The position numbers were made by a program, and so were the translations under genes. Of a stretch of DNA of 21,054 nucleotides, positions 8,077 to 15,478 are shown one piece after another. Position 1 is the first letter of the stretch. The number at the start of each line of letters is the position of its first letter. The notes below the pieces were generated by a model. It was not told the origin of the DNA. It saw only the letters and a program-made list of their open reading frames with translations, and did not search any database. The stretch is from Bacteroidales bacterium. Its GTDB lineage: Bacteria > Bacteroidota > Bacteroidia > Bacteroidales > Bacteroidaceae. Location of the stretch: contig JAUNNV010000029.1 of assembly GCA_030531335.1 (NCBI GenBank), positions 1 to 21,054 on the forward strand, in the 5' to 3' direction.

Positions 8077-9277
8077 GTTTGAAGAAATATTTCGCTGCTG
8101 TGTCGAAAATGCCATACGCACGACGCTGTTCTTCGTTGTATATGCCTTTTTCCTCAACACCTTGCTTGGTGACGTTGATGATGTCGCGACCCATAAAGTA
8201 GATATCGCGTCGTTCCAACTCATTTTTCGCAACCAGATTTTGCGCCACCAGTTTGTCTAATTGACGTGCCGCTCGGACAAGTGCTTCGGGCGAAATACCT
8301 GTGCCGTAGAGCACGCTGCCCTCTTCCGTCAGCTCTACCGGGACGGCGCATTTCAGGGATTCAATCGAATCCACGTAGTTGTTGTAACTGTCGCGCACCA
8401 TATTCACATCGGCACATGACGATTTCGTCTCTATCGGTTGGAATTTCGACAACAGAAATTCTTGATGTTGCTTGAACACGCCGACCTCCTCGGCGGATTC
8501 CACCTTGCCTGAAGGACATATCTGATGGAGCTTCCGATACGCTTTCCGGATATCCATCAACTTGGCTTTCATGACAGCCAACGCCTCTTGTTGACCATGG
8601 CAAGGATTGCGGGCCAATGCCACCCGACAAGTAAGGTCAAGATCGTGATCGAATACTATCTCGTATTCCCGTCCTTTCTGAGTGTCTTTCAACACATCCA
8701 CCACCATGATGTTGCGAATGCGCAACGTCACATCGGATGCCTCCGGATTCACCTTGAACCGTTGTGTCAAAATTTTCTGACTTAACTTCGGCAATGTCTG
8801 AGGCGAGTCTGTCGCACTTGTCGGCAGATAGGTAGCAGGACAGGCAATGGTGAGCGAGGCGGAGTTCGGTTCCACCCAGGCATTGATAAGGTGATGGCGG
8901 CGTTTCTTCCGATACGACTTATACACCGATTCTCTTAGGTAATATTTCGAATTAGGCTCTACCAGCACCTTATATTGCAATTTCTCGGCATGAAGCCGAC
9001 GTTTGCCAAGAAACGGATGGGTAAACACATCGTTGTAGGATACGTCCTGACGGAAAGCCATGAAATCGCGATTGCCAGACAACGTGAGAACCAACTCGTC
9101 GGCAGCCTCTTCGAAAGCAAGCGTCAGGTCAAGCTCCAAGCCTTTGTCGTCGAAGGCAATCTGTATTTTCTCCTGATAAGGCGTGTCGGCATCCACACGC
9201 ACGTTTTTGGTCTCTTGAGCCTGTGCCAGGGCAGCACAGCAGGCCATGAAAAGGCAGAAGAATTTAGTCTTGGTCAT
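8057..9277 (-). CDS. Hypothetical secreted/periplasmic protein (406 aa), no recognisable family
   Basis: Signal peptide MTKTKFFCLFMACCAALAQAQE. The ORF is long and well-formed with normal composition. Its start overlaps the E2 stop by 14 nt, and its stop overlaps the next gene's start. Confidence 0.65.
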   Translation of the reverse strand: MTKTKFFCLFMACCAALAQAQETKNVRVDADTPYQEKIQIAFDDKGLELDLTLAFEEAADELVLTLSGNRDFMAFRQDVSYNDVFTHPFLGKRRLHAEKLQYKVLVEPNSKYYLRESVYKSYRKKRRHHLINAWVEPNSASLTIACPATYLPTSATDSPQTLPKLSQKILTQRFKVNPEASDVTLRIRNIMVVDVLKDTQKGREYEIVFDHDLDLTCRVALARNPCHGQQEALAVMKAKLMDIRKAYRKLHQICPSGKVESAEEVGVFKQHQEFLLSKFQPIETKSSCADVNMVRDSYNNYVDSIESLKCAVPVELTEEGSVLYGTGISPEALVRAARQLDKLVAQNLVAKNELERRDIYFMGRDIINVTKQGVEEKGIYNEEQRRAYGIFDTAAKYFFKHVSEFE

Positions 9278-9860
9278 AATATATCCAATTGTTTGGTTCT
9301 CCTTGTGTCCGAACCCAATAGGCTACTTTCAAATCCTCTGGGTAAGGAGGTTCGGGCAGTGCATGGTAGATTTCGTAGCGCAGATACAGTGCGATGCGTT
9401 CCACAGCCCATGCCAAACTGCTGTGTGTGTTGGGCATGTTCACACACACACGTCCTGCCAGGCTACCATGATACCCTATGTTGGGATGCCAAGGCAACGT
9501 GTCGCCCACAAAACGGAAGCAAGGCATAGCATCTACCTGAGGATAACGTTCGGGAAGTTTTATCTCCATCCGAAACTCATGGGCGAAAATAGGACTGCCA
9601 TCCACATTCACCCCACAGATACATTTTATAAAATAGTCTATCGAGTAGGCCGTAGGGATTCCTTCAGGGGTGGCATCGACCACTTGCATGGCGATGTCGT
9701 TGCGTTGTTTCACAAAGGCGGCAAGCTGCTCCCACTCGTAAAACAGTCGGTGTGCGCGTCCTCGAAGAGGCTTGTTCTGAAACCAGCTTGTCCCGGGCGA
9801 AGTCAAGGAAAGGGGTTTACCCTGGGAATGGATCGGGGATGAGGAAAATTGTGTCGCCAT
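9264..9860 (-). CDS. UBC-fold ubiquitin-conjugating (E2)-like enzyme
   Basis: The segment FRMEIKLPERYPQVDAMPCFRFVGDTLPWHPNIGYHGSLAGRVCVNM reproduces the E2 core signature: F.l.i.fp..YP..pP...F.....HPNi....G.iC. HPN is aa 125-127 and the candidate catalytic Cys is Cys139 (tgt at 9446-9444). The ATG at 9860 overlaps the Ubl gene by 44 nt; a TTG at 9806 is an alternative start. Confidence 0.75.
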   Translation of the reverse strand: MATQFSSSPIHSQGKPLSLTSPGTSWFQNKPLRGRAHRLFYEWEQLAAFVKQRNDIAMQVVDATPEGIPTAYSIDYFIKCICGVNVDGSPIFAHEFRMEIKLPERYPQVDAMPCFRFVGDTLPWHPNIGYHGSLAGRVCVNMPNTHSSLAWAVERIALYLRYEIYHALPEPPYPEDLKVAYWVRTQGEPNNWIYYDQD

Positions 9861-10140
9861 TGTTCACATTATAGTCGGCAAGCGTCTGTTCGGTTTTCCC
9901 AATGCGCGGCCGCATCACGCGAATCTCGTGCACGACCTCGTCTTCTTTCCCAAAGAAATAATCGAGGGGTGCTCCTGTGCTGTCGATGGAGGGAAAGTCG
10001 AATATCAGTCGGCCATCTTGTCCGGTTGAATGTTTCAGGTTGTTCATCAATGCGCCCAATGGGAGTTGCGGATTGATGACGCGGAACTTCACCTTTTTGT
10101 CCTTATAGACAATGTTAATGAAAAAATCGTCTTGGTGCAT
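9817..10140 (-). CDS. Ubiquitin-like (beta-grasp) protein whose ORF ends in Gly
   Basis: 107 aa. The strand-strand-helix opening is FINIVYKDKKVKFRVINPQLPLGALMNNLKH. The C-terminal EQTLADYNVNNGDTIFLIPDPFPG parallels ubiquitin's [22 protein letters not shown]. The last codon is ggg (9822-9820), directly followed by a TAA stop (9819-9817). It sits directly upstream of the E2. Confidence 0.65.
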   Translation of the reverse strand: MHQDDFFINIVYKDKKVKFRVINPQLPLGALMNNLKHSTGQDGRLIFDFPSIDSTGAPLDYFFGKEDEVVHEIRVMRPRIGKTEQTLADYNVNNGDTIFLIPDPFPG

Positions 10141-10163
10141 GTTTCGTCAATGATGGTTGATGG

Positions 10164-11927
10164 TTATTTGCTACGCGAATCTAAGTCAATCTTCACTTGG
10201 ATGGGGCAGATGCCCGTAGTACGCACCTCCATGAGCCTTTGTAGGTGATTTTCGATACTGGCAAAATGTTTTCCCAACGCACGTTTCACATACATGTTGT
10301 CGTGGAGCACGATACCTACCACGATGCAATAAGCATGATAGCTACCTCGTGTAAGCACCTGCTTGTGCGTACGTATGGAGGCTATCATTTCCTGCTCTAC
10401 ATTGAACCGTGTGGCCAATTCCTGATAACAAAACAACTTTAGATCTGTTTCGGTGACAAGCCGGTCGTCGGTGGCTATGAAGTAGCGTGTAGCCGTCCTC
10501 ATGGCTTCCTCGGACAACAATTCGTCGTATCCTGGTTGAGGAATCGTCACTTGATGGGATTTGGACTGGTCGAAACCTGGGGGTACCACAAACACGGCAT
10601 CGGAGGTGAGCACACTGTTCACTACAGCTCCGTTAGTGGTCAGATAGCCGACATTGAGTGAAGTGTTTTCTGGGCTTTGTCGAAGGGTGTCGCCCCAACT
10701 ATCCTTCGAGCGTTCGTGAGGAATGCCGGCAAACATCAGATAGACACCCTCGTGCGAGGTTCGCAAATGTGGATGCGTGTGTTGCGACAACTCCTTCAGG
10801 TTGTTGCGCAGGTTGTGCATCACCATGTCGGTATATTCGTTGCCCATGGCCTGAAACGCATAATAGTCGGATGTGTATTTGTCGATGAGGCCCGACAACA
10901 ACCTGTGCAGCCTCCCCTCGTTGAACCTGTCGGCACCTATGCGCCGCACCTGTAGCCGGACATTGCCTAATAGTTGGTCCTCGTCGGGACGTAGCAGATG
11001 AAGAAACTGCCCATTGTTCTTGTCATCGATACGCTGTATAGGCGCATCGGCCGAGAGGGTGGCTGTTTTCACTTCGGCGTTCACTATCAAGGCGATGTTG
11101 ACAAGCAAATCGCTCTCTTTGAAAGAAAAGTTGTCGTCGATGCCGTCGAACTCGAAGGTGAGTTCCATGCGATCAATGGCATCGATATCGTCCATTTCAT
11201 CTACGACATACAGCAATAGGTTTTGTCGGGCATACAAATCCAGGGCGCAGAAGTTGCGATAGGCAGCCATGCCTTGGAACACGTTGCCCGAACGTACGGC
11301 TTGCGACTGATTGTAGAGCAACGTATCAAGCGAGAAACAGTCGGCACACGGCAGATTCGCAAAGTCCCACGGTGCGATGAGGGGTATTTCCCTATCGCTC
11401 ATGCTTACACGCAGGCCATGGAAATCCTGGTTCTTCAAGGCAAACGCAAGGCCTTTTAGGCTTTTCACCTTGTGTGGAAAGAACATATTGACTTGCCATC
11501 TCCTTCCATCCACGCGCCTCAGCCCATCCATCTCCACCTGTATGGCTTTGGTCTTGAGCAAGGGGATGAAGTTGAAGTTGTTGTTGTCGGTTCCTTTTAA
11601 GATGAATCTCATGGACGAATCGACATCCATTTCCGTCACATTGGGCATCAGAGCCAATTGCACGACGGCTGTGGCTGGAATGGCCTTGACTGGTTCGTTC
11701 ACGCAAAGCATGTTCTGGAACTCGTCGAGCAGCTCCGTCCGCAATGCCTCCAACTCGTTGTCCGACTCGTTGAATTGATAGGCCAGTGCCGTAATCAGGA
11801 ACTTGAACAGCGGATCCGAATCCAGTCCCTCAAGACTGTCGCTTCTGTTGTTGCGGTGCCAAATATCCACACATTGGGCCATCAGCTCCTTGGCGCGTTG
11901 TCTTATTTCAAATATGTTCTGTCTCAT
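10164..11927 (-). CDS. tssF: TssF-like (phage gp6-like) baseplate wedge subunit
   Basis: 587 aa, the typical TssF size. The N-terminus IRQRAKELMAQCVDIWHRNN...DSDPLFKFLITALAYQFNESDNELEALRTELLDEFQNML...IPATAVVQL matches the remembered TssF N-terminal layout: a helical segment, the DP(l/h)v..Ll motif, then PAhAv. It is positioned directly after a gp25/TssE gene. Confidence 0.6.
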   Translation of the reverse strand: MRQNIFEIRQRAKELMAQCVDIWHRNNRSDSLEGLDSDPLFKFLITALAYQFNESDNELEALRTELLDEFQNMLCVNEPVKAIPATAVVQLALMPNVTEMDVDSSMRFILKGTDNNNFNFIPLLKTKAIQVEMDGLRRVDGRRWQVNMFFPHKVKSLKGLAFALKNQDFHGLRVSMSDREIPLIAPWDFANLPCADCFSLDTLLYNQSQAVRSGNVFQGMAAYRNFCALDLYARQNLLLYVVDEMDDIDAIDRMELTFEFDGIDDNFSFKESDLLVNIALIVNAEVKTATLSADAPIQRIDDKNNGQFLHLLRPDEDQLLGNVRLQVRRIGADRFNEGRLHRLLSGLIDKYTSDYYAFQAMGNEYTDMVMHNLRNNLKELSQHTHPHLRTSHEGVYLMFAGIPHERSKDSWGDTLRQSPENTSLNVGYLTTNGAVVNSVLTSDAVFVVPPGFDQSKSHQVTIPQPGYDELLSEEAMRTATRYFIATDDRLVTETDLKLFCYQELATRFNVEQEMIASIRTHKQVLTRGSYHAYCIVVGIVLHDNMYVKRALGKHFASIENHLQRLMEVRTTGICPIQVKIDLDSRSK

Positions 11928-11943
11928 CGTTATGCACCCTTCA

Positions 11944-12387
11944 TTAGTTCCATACGTTTATGATGTTGCTGTACTGAAAAGGCTCGTTTGTATCGCCCAA
12001 CAGGCCGGTTATTTCCACCAATACTTGCCGTTGGTCGCGGCGGTAGTTCATTACTACCTTTGGTGAGAGCAACCGAGGCTCATACACCTCGATGCTATGC
12101 TTCAGGTCGGAGGCGAATGTCTGTAGGTTCTTCGAGGAGCCGGAAACTTTCTTCTTGTATATTGGATTCCGGCTGTCACGAGAATCGAACACCGTCCCCT
12201 CGTTCTCGTCGAAAATCTCAAATCTCAACGTGGAGAACACAAAGCCATAATCCGGATCGATGGGCAAAGAGCCCAACGGTGTGTCCATCAGGAGCTGTAG
12301 CGAATCCCTGACCGATTGCTCCAACCCGTTCGACTGATGGAGGAACCTGCCCGACACTACCTGTAAAGGACTTTGCAAGTATTTCAT
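11944..12387 (-). CDS. tssE: GPW/gp25-family baseplate protein (TssE-like)
   Basis: 147 aa. LEQSVRDSLQLLMDTPLGSLPIDPDYGFVFSTLRFEIFDEN fits the gp25 signature (I..sl..LL.T..Ge....P.yG). Both size and position next to the TssF-like gene are as expected. Confidence 0.75.
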   Translation of the reverse strand: MKYLQSPLQVVSGRFLHQSNGLEQSVRDSLQLLMDTPLGSLPIDPDYGFVFSTLRFEIFDENEGTVFDSRDSRNPIYKKKVSGSSKNLQTFASDLKHSIEVYEPRLLSPKVVMNYRRDQRQVLVEITGLLGDTNEPFQYSNIINVWN

Positions 12388-13589
12388 ATCAATGGTGTGA
12401 AAACATCTTCCGGCTGATGTTCCTCCTTGGCCACGAGACCAGACAGCGCATTGAACAATGCAGGGTAAAGTTCCTGATATAGCCTATCGTGCAATGCTTC
12501 GTACAGCACTTCTTTCAGCTTCGGACGAAGTCGATCGTCCACGTATGCCTGCAGTTTTTCCGTGATTGTCGCGGTCAGTTCAGGCATCACCACGTCGCGA
12601 AGTTCCATGCGGATTTTTTCGTCTATTTGCTGCTTCAATTGTTCAAGAAGTTGTGTGTACAACTCTCTCTTCAGCGCCTCCACATCGATGTGGCGACTTT
12701 CCGTCACCACATCGTCCATGGACAGTAGCAAGGCGTTCATGAATTCTTTGAGCCACGACAGGTAGGCTCGGATATGGTTTGTGTGAGGCACGCGGCGAGG
12801 GTCGGCGGCCAGCTCGCGCGTGGGTTCTTGTCCTGAGCCCTGCCGAAGGACTTGTTGGCCTCCCAATCCCAATCGGATGTGGTAATCCAAGGCTTGATCC
12901 GTTTCGCGCAACAGTCGCACAAGCTCCACTACCGACTCCTTGCCGGTGAGGCTCTGTAGCCGGAAACACAGATGTAACAAGGTGCGTTTGCCGTCACCAT
13001 CCTCCATGTTGCGGTGGGTAGCCAGCTTCGTGAGTAGTTCCACATACATGCTTACGAACTCTCCGAAAGCCTTGTGCGAGGCTGTCGAGATCATGGGAGG
13101 CACATACGAGGCATCCACATTGAGCAGGTCGCCCTCTACGTAAAGCCTCTTCAGCGGCAGTACGTCCAAACTTTCGTCGGCACGTTCCAACTCGTCCAGC
13201 GAATGCAGCGAGAGCTCGTAAACGGGAGCCTTGTAGGGTATGCCATCGCGTTCGAAACAATGTGTTTTCCCATTGGCAGGGCCGACGCACACAAAACATT
13301 CCGGCAACGGTTGCGACACGATGGTCAGCGTGAGGTCGTCATCTACGCTGAGCACGGCCCCCGATGGCAACAATGCCGTAAGCCTCAGATTGTTCATCTC
13401 GAAGGTGTTGCCCACAAAAGCGCCCTCAACGTGTAGTGGGTACATGGGGAGAATGCCCATGCCGACACTCCCTATGGCGGCGCGGAGCAACAGTTGCTGA
13501 CGGTTGTCGAAGTCGTGTTGCTGATGGACGAAGACCCCAGAGGTGAGCTCCATCCCTGGTTGCCAATGTATATTTGCGTTGTAATACAT
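12384..13589 (-). CDS. TssK-like baseplate protein (N-terminal domain) with a divergent helical C-terminus
   Basis: The N-terminus NIHWQPGMELTSGVFVHQQHDFDNRQQLL resembles the TssK opening motif (W.eGm.L.pqHfQq.dry). The C-terminal ~100 aa are repetitive helices (LKRELYTQLLEQLKQQIDEKIRMELRDVVMPELTATITEKLQAYV...). Its stop overlaps the gp25 start in an ATGA junction (12384-12387). Confidence 0.45.
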   Translation of the reverse strand: MYYNANIHWQPGMELTSGVFVHQQHDFDNRQQLLLRAAIGSVGMGILPMYPLHVEGAFVGNTFEMNNLRLTALLPSGAVLSVDDDLTLTIVSQPLPECFVCVGPANGKTHCFERDGIPYKAPVYELSLHSLDELERADESLDVLPLKRLYVEGDLLNVDASYVPPMISTASHKAFGEFVSMYVELLTKLATHRNMEDGDGKRTLLHLCFRLQSLTGKESVVELVRLLRETDQALDYHIRLGLGGQQVLRQGSGQEPTRELAADPRRVPHTNHIRAYLSWLKEFMNALLLSMDDVVTESRHIDVEALKRELYTQLLEQLKQQIDEKIRMELRDVVMPELTATITEKLQAYVDDRLRPKLKEVLYEALHDRLYQELYPALFNALSGLVAKEEHQPEDVFTPLI

Positions 13590-13631
13590 GCCTTTATGTC
13601 ATTTTATGATGGATTTTGGTTTCGCGACTCA

Positions 13632-14432
13632 TCATTCATAGTCCTTAATTACGATATTGTAGTTCATGATTTTCCCTTCCTCCGACTTGCCCTTGGCTCC
13701 TGCCTCAAACAGGCAGTCGAAAGGAATGAACCGGCTGTGCACAAATGCAAGCATACGTTCCCATCGTTTGGTAAGGTCGGCGTATGCGGTGGCTGTCAGA
13801 CCATCCACACAAATGTCGTAATGCACTTTTTGCATCCAAAAGCGTGTGTTGTCGCATTCGTTGTACGCCGACAAACGCATCCGCACCGGATAACCCGTGA
13901 CAACGCTCAGCAATGATTTTACAAACGACAAGTTGCCACGGAGTTTGGCCACGTATGGCAGCAACACCGCCACCTTGCGCACATACTCGTCCGTTTCCGC
14001 CTCCAAGTCGAACTTGTAGGATGTTTTTAACACGAATTCGAGCTTGCGGGCCAGCAAGTCGGCCACGATGTGTTCCCGCTTCAGCTTCTGCCTGAACATG
14101 AACGAGTCGATGGGTAGGAAAGTTTCTGACAGTGTCCTTATCCGCTCATGCAACTGTTGGGCAAGCTGTTTGAAATCGCCTTTTCGTTTCCTTCCGAAAC
14201 GGTCGGATGCCTTCAGCTCATCCTCCGATCCTAAAAACAAGGGAGGCAGATAGTGTAGGAAGCCGTTGCGCGAAAGCGATACGATTGCTTCCTTCGGATT
14301 GATGGACAACACATCCGGCGCATAGTTCCTGCTGAAGGAACCTTTCTGATAGGCCAGCCACTTGTCTTCCAGCTCTGGATACAAATAGTTGAGCAACAGT
14401 TCCGCACTTATCTCGTGCCTGTCGGTTGTCAT
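13632..14432 (-). CDS. Possible TssG-like baseplate subunit (tentative)
   Basis: 266 aa, in the TssG size range. The C-terminus YDICVDGLTATAYADLTKRWERMLAFVHSRFIPFDCLFEAG resembles the TssG tail pattern (igpL....f..flP.g....l..lv..flP..l). It lies among baseplate genes. Evidence is weak and pattern-level only. Confidence 0.35.
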   Translation of the reverse strand: MTTDRHEISAELLLNYLYPELEDKWLAYQKGSFSRNYAPDVLSINPKEAIVSLSRNGFLHYLPPLFLGSEDELKASDRFGRKRKGDFKQLAQQLHERIRTLSETFLPIDSFMFRQKLKREHIVADLLARKLEFVLKTSYKFDLEAETDEYVRKVAVLLPYVAKLRGNLSFVKSLLSVVTGYPVRMRLSAYNECDNTRFWMQKVHYDICVDGLTATAYADLTKRWERMLAFVHSRFIPFDCLFEAGAKGKSEEGKIMNYNIVIKDYE

Positions 14433-15478
14433 AGTTCCACGTACCTATATCCTGTTGGGGTCTTTATTCTCACAATGTCGTGTGCTGGAATGCCCAACGC
14501 AGCCAATGGCAGCGTGGGGTAGGGGAACGAGGTGTCTATCTCCGCATATTCGTGTTGGCATAGTTTCGCCATCGGTATGGTCGAAAGTCGTGGATGTTGC
14601 TTCACGAAGCCAGCCATTCGGCGTGCCGGCAGCATTGCTTCCGTCTGTTCGCCCGTCTCTCGATTCTCTACATAATCCACAAAGGCATCGTTGAGCACCA
14701 CAGTGCCAATCCGCAGGAGTGATTTCAGCGAGTGTTCCCTGACTACTTCAATAGGCTCCCATTGCTCGTGCAGCACGCAATCGTCATCCCACGCCTCGAA
14801 CACGGCTTTCCGCACACTCAGGTTTTCGCCATCGTAGTAGCACATGTTTCGTTCCACTGGCACGCCTGCAATCACTTTCAATGCTTCGGCTGCTTGCCAG
14901 GCTCCTATCACGCTGGCCGCCACTGATGTGGTAGGGGCATGGCCAGCCGCTTCCATTTGCCGTATCACGCCCGAACAAGGCATCCGTCGGCGCAACTCGT
15001 CCAGTCCTTCCGTCCCGAGGCCACAAGCGTAGCAGTTCACGCCGGGCACAAACACCCGCATCGTCCCCTCCATGCCGATGATGCCACCGTCAATCCATGT
15101 CTTTCCTGCCCTCGTACAGAGGCGCTGGATGCAATAGCGGGTCCACCGGCTATCGACGCATCCCATCACCACGTTCATCTGCCGTATCAATGCCAATCCC
15201 ACATCGTATGCCACATCGCCATGGATGGCCTGCACATCGACGGTGGCGTTGATGCCTCTCAGCGCGTCCTTCACCACATCCACTTTGCGCCGACCCACAT
15301 CGACTGGCCTGAACAGGATGCTTCGTGTGAGGTTGCCCTGTTCCACCACATCGAAATCGACCACCACCAGATGCCCCACTCCAAGCAGTACGAGGTTTTT
15401 GAGCACCTCGTTGCCCAGGGCCCCACATCCCACCACCATGATGCGGGCATCGCGCAGCTTGTCTTCTTCGATGTTCAT
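14429..15478 (-). CDS. ThiF/MoeB/E1-like adenylyltransferase (Ubl-activating enzyme candidate)
   Basis: Start is set at MNIEEDKLRDARIMVVGCGALGNEV (ATG 15478, forming an ATGA overlap with the upstream stop). The Rossmann GxGxxG is at 15413-15430. Other family motifs are VVDFDVVEQGNLTRSILF, GRRKVDVVKDAL, VVMGCVDSRWTRYCIQRLC and GTMRVFVPGVNCYACGL. A crossover-loop Cys lies in RRRMPCSGV. About 130 extra C-terminal residues end in LAALGIPAHDIVRIKTPTGYRYVEL. Confidence 0.8.
   Translation of the reverse strand: MNIEEDKLRDARIMVVGCGALGNEVLKNLVLLGVGHLVVVDFDVVEQGNLTRSILFRPVDVGRRKVDVVKDALRGINATVDVQAIHGDVAYDVGLALIRQMNVVMGCVDSRWTRYCIQRLCTRAGKTWIDGGIIGMEGTMRVFVPGVNCYACGLGTEGLDELRRRMPCSGVIRQMEAAGHAPTTSVAASVIGAWQAAEALKVIAGVPVERNMCYYDGENLSVRKAVFEAWDDDCVLHEQWEPIEVVREHSLKSLLRIGTVVLNDAFVDYVENRETGEQTEAMLPARRMAGFVKQHPRLSTIPMAKLCQHEYAEIDTSFPYPTLPLAALGIPAHDIVRIKTPTGYRYVEL

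Noticed and set aside
8077-8232. Longer start (MRKMSWNDAIS...) for the coiled-coil membrane protein
   Set aside because: It would overlap the 3' end of the 406-aa gene by 176 nt, and the extra residues have no feature. The start at 8076 (or 7998) is preferred, but this remains uncertain.
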